The notes below the pieces were generated by a model, which worked only from the letters and a program-made list of their open reading frames with translations, did not search any database and was not told the DNA's origin. From a virus (Duplodnaviria; Heunggongvirae; Uroviricota; Caudoviricetes): a stretch of DNA of 55,602 nt. Made by a program: the position numbers and the translations under genes. Positions 49,031 through 55,602 of the stretch are shown here, piece by piece. Where the stretch lies: positions 1 through 55,602 of the IMG/VR virus record IMGVR_UViG_2923286960_000003; one strand, given 5' to 3'. The stretch's first letter is position 1; each line of letters opens with the position of its first letter.

Positions 49031-51835
49031 ATGACAGTAAAAATTTCTGGCGTGCTTAAAGATGGCACAGGAAAACCAGTACAGAACTGCACCATTGTGC
49101 TGAAGGCCAGACGAACCAGCAGCACGGTGGTGGTGAACACGGTGGCCTCTGAAAATCCGGATGAAGCCGGACGTTACAGCATGGATGTTGAGCATGGTCA
49201 GTACAGCGTCACCCTGCTGGTTGAAGGTTTTCCGCCTTCACATGCCGGGACCATTACCGTCTATGAAGGTTCCAGACCAGGTACGCTGAATGATTTTCTC
49301 GGTGCCATGACGGAGGATGATGTCCGACCGGAGGCACTGCGCCGTTTTGAAGTGATGGTGGAAGAGGTGGCGCGTAACGCGTCCGCAGTGGCACAGAACA
49401 CGGCAGCCGCGAAGAAGTCAGCCGGCGATGCCAGCACATCAGCCCGTGAGGCGGCAACCCATGCGACTGATGCTGCAGGCTCAGCACGTGCAGCCAGCAC
49501 GTCAGCCGGACAGTCCGCGACGTCGGCTCAGGAGGCTTTTTCCAGCGCAGGAACGGCATCAGCAAAAGCCTCTGAGGCATCAAAAAGTGCTGCTGCTGCA
49601 GAGTCATCAAAAAGCGCGGCAGCTACCAGTGCCAGTGCCGCGAAAACGTCAGAAACGAATGCCGCAGCATCACAAAAATCGGCAGCCACTTCTGCATCCA
49701 CAGCGACCACGAAGGCGTCAGAAGCTGCCACCTCGGCACGGGGTGCGGCGGCCTCAAAAGAGGCAGCGAAATCTTCAGAAACGAATGCATCATCAAGTGC
49801 CAGTAGTGCAGCTTCCTCGGCAACGGCGGCAGGAAATTCCGCGAAGGCGGCAAAAACGTCCGAGACGAACGCTAAGTCTTCTGAAACAGCAGCGGGACAG
49901 AGCGCCTCAGCTGCGGCAGGTTCAAAAACAGCGGCTGCATTATCTGCCAGTGCCGCGTCAACAAGTGCCGGGCAGGCCTCAGCCAGTGCCACCGCCGCCG
50001 GAAAATCGGCAGAAAGCGCCGCATCATCCGCTTCAACAGCCACAACGAAGGCTGGCAAAGCCACTGAGCAAGCCACTGCAGCAGCGAGGTCTGCTTCTGC
50101 AGCAAAAACCTCTGAAACAAATGCAAAGACTTCAGCAGACAATGCTGCTTCCTCTAAGGCGGCAGCCGCATCGTCAGCCAGTTCAGCGGCGTCATCGGCA
50201 TCATCGGCGTCTGCTTCAAAAGATGAGGCGACCAGACAGGCGTCAGCAGCGAAAGGTAGTGCCACGACAGCAACAACGAAAGCATCAGAGGCGGCAGGCA
50301 GTGCGACGGCTGCATCTCAGAGCAAAGTTGCTGCTGAATCCGCGGCAACGCGCGCCGAGACAGCAGCAAAACGGGCAGAGGATATTGCATCCGCCGTGGC
50401 GCTGGAGGATGCGAGCACGACGAAAAAGGGGATAGTACAGCTCAGCAGTGCGACCAACAGCACTTCCGAGTCACTGGCGGCAACGCCAAAAGCGGTTAAG
50501 GCGGTAATGGGTGAAACGAACAAGAAAGCGCCCTTAAATAGTCCTGCACTGACCGGAACGCCAACAACACCAACTGCGCGACAGGGAACGAATAATACCC
50601 AAATCGCAAGCACGGCTTTCGTTATGGCTGCGATTGCCGCCCTTGTAGATTCGTCACCTGATGCACTGAACACGCTGAACGAGCTGGCTGCGGCGCTGGG
50701 CAACGACCCGAATTTTGCGACCACCATGACTAACGCGCTTGCGGGTAAGCAACCGAAAGATGCCACCCTGACGGCGCTGGCCGGACTTACTACTGCGGCA
50801 GGCAAGTTTCCGTATTTTACGGGGAATGATGTCGCCAGCCTGGCAACCCTGACAAAAGTCGGGCGGGATATTCTTGCGAAATCGACCGTTGCTGCCGTTA
50901 TCGAATACCTCGGTTTACGAGAACTCGGCACAAGAGGGGAGAAAATACCGTTACTCAGTACAGCGAATACCTGGACTAATCGACAAACATTCAGCGGTGG
51001 CCTTTCTGGTGAACTATCCGGCAATGCTTCTACAGCTGCAAAATTAAAAACTGCCAGGAAAATAAGCAATGTGGCTTTTGATGGTTCCTCCGATATCACA
51101 TTAAAAGCAAGTCATGTTGGTGCGTTTGCCTTAGGGAAAACAGGAAGCACCGTTGCGAATGATAAAGCAGTTGGATGGAACTGGAGTAGCGGAGCCTATA
51201 ACGCAACTATTAGTGGTGCATCAACGTTAATTATTCATTTTTATATGGGAGAAGGAAGTTGTCCTGCAGCTCAGTTTCGGATTAATTATAAAAATGGCGG
51301 TATTTTTTATCGTTCAGCCCGTGATGGTTATGGTTTTGAAGCCGACTGGTCCGAATTTTACACCACCACCAGAAAACCTTCAGCAGGAGATGTTGGTGCA
51401 CTGCCGTTATCTGGTGGTCAACTGAATGGTGCACTGGGTATCGGAACATCCAGTGCTCTTGGCGGTAATTCGATTGTATTGGGTGATAATGACACGGGCT
51501 TTAAACAAAATGGCGATGGTAATCTGGATGTTTATGCTAATAACGTCCATGTTATGCGCTTTGTCTCCGGCGGCATTCAAAGTAATAAAACCATAAATAT
51601 TACAGGGCGTGTTAACCCCTCGGATTACGGTAACTTTGATTCCCGCTATGTGAGAGATGTCAGACTTGGCACACGAGTTGTTCAGACCATGAAGAAAGGC
51701 GTGATGTATGAAAAATCAGGCCATGTAATCACGGGGCTTGGTATTATCGGTGAAGTCGATGGTGATGATCCGGCAGTATTCAGACCAATACAAAAGTTAA
51801 TTAACGGAACATGGTATAACGTATCGCAGGTATAA
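49031..51835 (+). CDS. side tail fiber protein with Ala/Ser-rich repetitive shaft and switchable C-terminus
   Basis: 934 aa; low-complexity shaft with KTSETNA repeats; C-terminal region lies inside invertible segment. Confidence 0.85.
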   Translation: MTVKISGVLKDGTGKPVQNCTIVLKARRTSSTVVVNTVASENPDEAGRYSMDVEHGQYSVTLLVEGFPPSHAGTITVYEGSRPGTLNDFLGAMTEDDVRPEALRRFEVMVEEVARNASAVAQNTAAAKKSAGDASTSAREAATHATDAAGSARAASTSAGQSATSAQEAFSSAGTASAKASEASKSAAAAESSKSAAATSASAAKTSETNAAASQKSAATSASTATTKASEAATSARGAAASKEAAKSSETNASSSASSAASSATAAGNSAKAAKTSETNAKSSETAAGQSASAAAGSKTAAALSASAASTSAGQASASATAAGKSAESAASSASTATTKAGKATEQATAAARSASAAKTSETNAKTSADNAASSKAAAASSASSAASSASSASASKDEATRQASAAKGSATTATTKASEAAGSATAASQSKVAAESAATRAETAAKRAEDIASAVALEDASTTKKGIVQLSSATNSTSESLAATPKAVKAVMGETNKKAPLNSPALTGTPTTPTARQGTNNTQIASTAFVMAAIAALVDSSPDALNTLNELAAALGNDPNFATTMTNALAGKQPKDATLTALAGLTTAAGKFPYFTGNDVASLATLTKVGRDILAKSTVAAVIEYLGLRELGTRGEKIPLLSTANTWTNRQTFSGGLSGELSGNASTAAKLKTARKISNVAFDGSSDITLKASHVGAFALGKTGSTVANDKAVGWNWSSGAYNATISGASTLIIHFYMGEGSCPAAQFRINYKNGGIFYRSARDGYGFEADWSEFYTTTRKPSAGDVGALPLSGGQLNGALGIGTSSALGGNSIVLGDNDTGFKQNGDGNLDVYANNVHVMRFVSGGIQSNKTINITGRVNPSDYGNFDSRYVRDVRLGTRVVQTMKKGVMYEKSGHVITGLGIIGEVDGDDPAVFRPIQKLINGTWYNVSQV
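50898..50923. other. invertase crossover site, left (gix/cix-like)
   Basis: TTATCGAATACCTCGGTTTACGAGAA; inverted partner at 53862-53887; resembles remembered Gin gix site. Confidence 0.6.
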
Positions 51836-51837
51836 TC

Positions 51838-52371
51838 ATGCAGCATTTAAAAAACATTGTCGCAGGTAATCCAAAAACCGTTGAACAATACCAGCTAACA
51901 AAGAATTTTGATGTTATCTGGTTATGGTCCGAAGATGGAAAAAATTGGTATGAGGAATTAAAAAACTTTCAGGAGGATACAATAAAACTGGCTTACACAG
52001 TTGAGGGAATAATTATTGCTATAGACAAGGATGTATCAGCAATTAATCCAGAAGGTTTAAGTGTCGTTGAGTTGCCTGATATTACAGCAAATCGCCGGGC
52101 TGATATTTCGGGCAACTGGATGTTCAAAGATGGTGCGGTGATAAAGCGAACTTATACCGAGGAAGAGCAAAGGCAACAAGCGGAAAATGAAAAGCAGAGC
52201 CTGCTGCAGCTCGTCAGGGATAAAACCCAGCTGTGGGACTCTCAGCTACGGCTGGGCATCATTTCCGATGAGAATAAACAAAAATTAACCGAGTGGATGC
52301 TCTATGCGCAGAAGGTTGAATCCACAGACACCTCCAGACTGCCAGTAACGTTTCCAGAACAACCAGAATGA
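51838..52371 (+). CDS. tail fiber assembly protein
   Basis: 177 aa; N-terminal MQHLKNI...[13 protein letters not shown] pattern; directly after stf. Confidence 0.8.
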   Translation: MQHLKNIVAGNPKTVEQYQLTKNFDVIWLWSEDGKNWYEELKNFQEDTIKLAYTVEGIIIAIDKDVSAINPEGLSVVELPDITANRRADISGNWMFKDGAVIKRTYTEEEQRQQAENEKQSLLQLVRDKTQLWDSQLRLGIISDENKQKLTEWMLYAQKVESTDTSRLPVTFPEQPE

Positions 52372-52399
52372 GAGAAGGCCCGCTATCGGGCCTTAATTT

Positions 52400-52927
52400 T
52401 TATTCAGGCTTTTGTGGCCATTCAGGATTTGCCGTATCCACACGGCTGACCAGAACACTGTAGCGTTCCCATGCTTCCAGTCGTGTGCGTTCCTCGTCTG
52501 TTGCCATATTCAGCCTGACAGCGCGTTCCAGCGGCTGGATGACTGATTCAGCTTCGGAAAGCAATGCGGCCTTTTGTGATTCGGCCTGTTGTTGCTGTTC
52601 GTCAGCCGTATAAATCCGTTTAACCACAGCTCCGTCCTTAAACATCCACTTACCGGAATCATCGGTCCGACGATTGGCCGTTATATCGGGAACCTCGACG
52701 ACGCTAAAACCTTCGGGATTAAGCGTGGAGGCATCTCTGGTGATGGCGACAATAATATTATTTGCATCGTAAACAATCTTTATGGTGTCTGGCTGAAAGT
52801 TTTTCACTTCCTCATACCAGTTTTTTCCGTCCTCAGAGTAAAGCCAGATAACTCCGTGTTTCTTTGTTAACTGATACTGTTCCAGTGTTTTAGCATTACC
52901 CGCTTTTATGTTCTTTAAGTGCATCAT
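52400..52927 (-). CDS. alternative tail fiber assembly protein
   Basis: 175 aa paralog of the plus-strand assembly protein on the opposite strand inside the invertible segment. Confidence 0.8.
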   Translation of the reverse strand: MMHLKNIKAGNAKTLEQYQLTKKHGVIWLYSEDGKNWYEEVKNFQPDTIKIVYDANNIIVAITRDASTLNPEGFSVVEVPDITANRRTDDSGKWMFKDGAVVKRIYTADEQQQQAESQKAALLSEAESVIQPLERAVRLNMATDEERTRLEAWERYSVLVSRVDTANPEWPQKPE

Positions 52928-52928
52928 A

Positions 52929-53861
52929 TTAAACGCTCGCTACATTATACCAGGTGCCATTTATATACTTTTGAACGGGTCTGTAATAAACGCCCGCTAT
53001 ATTATCGGCAGAGTTAGACCCTGTATCCTGAACATTAATACCAGACAATACATGACCTGAAGGGCACTGGAAATTCCATGTTTGCCAGTTGTTCACTCCA
53101 TAATATTGCTGTGAACCAAGTCGAACATCTTTCACATAACGGGAATCAAAGTTACCGTAATCCGAGGGGTTAACACGCCCTGTAATATTTATGGTTTTAT
53201 TACTTTGAATGCCGCCGGAGACAAAGCGCATAACATGGACGTTATTAGCATAAACATCCAGATTACCATCGCCATTTTGTTTAAAGCCCGTGTCATTATC
53301 ACCCAATACAATCGAATTACCGCCAAGAGCACTGGATGTTCCGATACCCAGTGCACCATTCAGTTGACCACCAGATAACGGCAGTGCACCAACATCTCCT
53401 GCTGAAGGTTTTCTGGTGGTGGTGTAAAATTCGGACCAGTCGGCTTCAAAACCATAACCATCACGGGCTGAACGATAAAAAATACCGCCATTTTTATAAT
53501 TAATCCGAAACTGAGCTGCAGGACAACTTCCTTCTCCCATATAAAAATGAATAATTAACGTTGATGCACCACTAATAGTTGCGTTATAGGCTCCGCTACT
53601 CCAGTTCCATCCAACTGCTTTATCATTCGCAACGGTGCTTCCTGTTTTCCCTAAGGCAAACGCACCAACATGACTTGCTTTTAATGTGATATCGGAGGAA
53701 CCATCAAAAGCCACATTGCTTATTTTCCTGGCAGTTTTTAATTTTGCAGCTGTAGAAGCATTGCCGGATAGTTCACCAGAAAGGCCACTGCTGAATGTTT
53801 GTCGATTAGTCCAGGTATTCGCTGTACTGAGTAACGGTATTTTCTCCCCTCTTGTGCCGAG
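52929..53861 (-). CDS. alternative side tail fiber C-terminal segment (expressed only after inversion)
   Basis: reads in frame from crossover site; N-terminal part near-identical to stf 50924-51680, last ~60 aa differ. Confidence 0.7.
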   Translation of the reverse strand, partial: LGTRGEKIPLLSTANTWTNRQTFSSGLSGELSGNASTAAKLKTARKISNVAFDGSSDITLKASHVGAFALGKTGSTVANDKAVGWNWSSGAYNATISGASTLIIHFYMGEGSCPAAQFRINYKNGGIFYRSARDGYGFEADWSEFYTTTRKPSAGDVGALPLSGGQLNGALGIGTSSALGGNSIVLGDNDTGFKQNGDGNLDVYANNVHVMRFVSGGIQSNKTINITGRVNPSDYGNFDSRYVKDVRLGSQQYYGVNNWQTWNFQCPSGHVLSGINVQDTGSNSADNIAGVYYRPVQKYINGTWYNVASV

Positions 53862-53887
53862 TTCTCGTAAACCGAGGTTTTAGATAA
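53862..53887. other. invertase crossover site, right
   Basis: TTCTCGTAAACCGAGGTTTTAGATAA; its reverse complement matches the left site except the central 4-5 bp. Confidence 0.6.
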
Positions 53888-53940
53888 TGGCGGTTTCTGG
53901 CCTGCATGGCATGATTTGTGCTTTTGGACGGGAGATTCAG

Positions 53941-54124
53941 CGTGCTGATTGGCTATGTAAGGGTATCAACAAATGACCAGAATACAGATCTGCAACGAAA
54001 CGCTCTTGTTTGTGCAGGATATGAACAAATATTTGAAGATAAATTAAGCGGAACAAGGACAGGCCGACCTGGATTAAAACGTGCTTTAAAGCGCCTTCAA
54101 AAAGGTGACGCACTGGTTGTCTGA
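53941..54124 (+). pseudogene. Gin/Pin-family DNA invertase, decayed
   Basis: LIGYVRVSTNDQNTDLQRNALVCAGYEQIFEDKLSGTRTGRPGLKRALKRLQKGD matches invertase N-terminus; then in-frame TGA codons and loss of the remaining ~130 codons. Confidence 0.7.
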
Positions 54125-54322
54125 AAACTGGACTGACTGGGTCACTGTATGCGGCATCTTGTCGTGCTGGTGGTGGAAGCCTAGAAAAAGTATCGGGTGT
54201 TGCTGAACCGTGTTGATACATCAACTGCACCTGATATTGAGTGGCCTACGAACCCTGTCAGGGAGTAATCATTGGGATTATGCCGCAGCACGTCTTAAGC
54301 AAGAACGTGCTGCGGTTGGATG

Positions 54323-54979
54323 CTATTTTTTCCCTGAAGCGGAAAACATTACTACAGTACCTTGAACCTTGGTTTTAACATTCTCGAAATGCTCTGAGAG
54401 TATATGTGTTAAGCCTTCTTCGGAATCTTTTGTGTTTGAAAAGATGCCTTTCTGATTGTAAATGCGCATCAGTTTTTGACCGAAGCTATTGTGCACAACT
54501 CCATCGCCAAGAATTGTGGCTCCGTATAGAGTTCCATCGTCAGTTAAGGCCTGCGCCGCATTGCGTATTACACAGCTTTTTGTAGATATATTTCCAGGCA
54601 GGCAGTGAAGAAGGTAAAACATGGAAATGGAATCAAATTGACCATGTAACGCCGCGGGATAAGGTTCAAAAACATCATGGCTAATTTTATGTTTAATTCT
54701 TGATTCCCCAGCCCTTGTAGATGCCGCGTTCAGACTAGCTTCGTTCAAATCCATTAAAGATATCAGACTACTCTCAGGTACGTGAGTAAGGTAAAACCCA
54801 GTTCCAACACCAATATCCAGATGGTTGTTACCTACATGTTCCAGAAAGTGTGGAAGAAGGTGTTCCTTTGTAGGACATCCCCATGCAAGCCGATTTGATA
54901 CTCCCAAAACCCACCAGTCATAAAGCTTTAGGGTAAGTGGTGTGTAAATTTTAGCCCCATCATCTGTGTTTTTTTTCAT
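54323..54979 (-). CDS. class I SAM-dependent methyltransferase, AT-rich cargo gene
   Basis: motif I LDIGVGTGFY; RBS GGTGA; AT-rich relative to tail genes. Confidence 0.55.
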   Translation of the reverse strand: MKKNTDDGAKIYTPLTLKLYDWWVLGVSNRLAWGCPTKEHLLPHFLEHVGNNHLDIGVGTGFYLTHVPESSLISLMDLNEASLNAASTRAGESRIKHKISHDVFEPYPAALHGQFDSISMFYLLHCLPGNISTKSCVIRNAAQALTDDGTLYGATILGDGVVHNSFGQKLMRIYNQKGIFSNTKDSEEGLTHILSEHFENVKTKVQGTVVMFSASGKK

Positions 54980-55047
54980 TGATTTCACCATGTTATAGTT
55001 TTATTTGTGAATTAAATCAATTATGGCGATGAATTACAAGGGGTTAA

Positions 55048-55317
55048 ATGCTGCCGCAGCATAGCGATATTGAAATAGCCTGGTATGCTTCGATACAGCA
55101 GGAGCCGAATGGCTGGAAGACCGTCACCACACAGTTCTACATCCAGGAATTCAGTGAGTATATTGCGCCACTGCAGGATGCTGTAGATCTGGAAATCGCA
55201 ACGGAGGAAGAAAGATCGTTGCTGGAGGCATGGAATAAATATCGGGTATTGTTGAATCGTGTTGATACATCAACTGCACCTGATATTGAGTGGCCTGCAA
55301 ATCCTGTCAGGGAGTAA
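55048..55317 (+). pseudogene. tail fiber assembly protein C-terminal remnant
   Basis: C-terminus [25 protein letters not shown] is a tail-fiber-assembly-type tail; N-terminal half missing; same 3' fragment and hairpin at 54180-54320. Confidence 0.45.
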
Positions 55318-55602
55318 TCATTGGGATTATGCCGCAGACACGTCGTATGCAGGAACGTGCTGCGGTTAGTTTGTGAGCTTTCGATAGTGGTTGTTATTTT
55401 TGCCCTTATTTGTTCCGGAGGCCATGGTTCAATGGTCCGTCTGCCCCCTGTGGTGATGTCAGCAAAATCAGCCACTGCGCGAACCACAATAGCCCGGGAA
55501 GATACTGAAGATCACCAGGTAAAGCTGTCAGCGCAGAAACTGGAAGAACTGCTCGCATCAATGGTTAAGGATGAGGTTGATCGCAATGATGGGATTTATT
55601 GA

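Noticed and set aside
49428-50435. 335-aa Arg/Pro/Gln-rich ORF and several minus-strand ORFs inside the side tail fiber gene
   Set aside because: Shadow frames generated by the GC-rich, repetitive Ala/Ser-coding shaft; they overlap a high-confidence gene entirely.
1-55602. CRISPR arrays or insertion sequences
   Set aside because: No regularly spaced short direct repeats with unique spacers and no transposase-like ORF were seen; the repeats found are intragenic tandem repeats, iterons, inversion sites or duplicated terminators.
55321-55602. 93-aa ORF at the right edge
   Set aside because: Its first third overlaps the duplicated hairpin region and I cannot tie the rest to any family; left uncalled.

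Overview
The window reads as one near-complete lambdoid prophage of an Escherichia coli-type genome, with the backbone of a Shiga-toxin phage but no stx genes. Calls rest on reading the ORF translations and DNA by eye; no database search was run, so family names are from memory. Left to right: integrase and excisionase (minus strand); a leftward early operon with a DnaQ-like exonuclease, a DicB homolog, a Rha-like gene, the DicF sRNA and ydfA/B/C-like genes; a DicA-like repressor facing a cro-like gene that carries an apparent frameshift; a replication module with phased iterons inside the initiator gene; a run of small nin-like genes including a Hok toxin. Immediately after hok sits the best candidate for an undescribed system: an AT-rich two-gene cassette (unknown 216-aa protein plus an XRE-HTH/ImmA-type metallopeptidase fusion) flanked by identical 20-bp direct repeats. 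Then DUF968, RusA, antiterminator Q, an orphan DNA methyltransferase, two tRNAs plus a truncated third, two tandem structured ncRNA-like elements and an AT-rich island where stx would sit, a NanS-p-like esterase, the lysis cassette, HNH endonuclease and terminase, HK97-type head genes, lambda-like tail genes with a G/GT frameshift, lom, and a side tail fiber with a Gin/Pin-type invertible segment whose invertase is decayed. attL and attR are outside the window.
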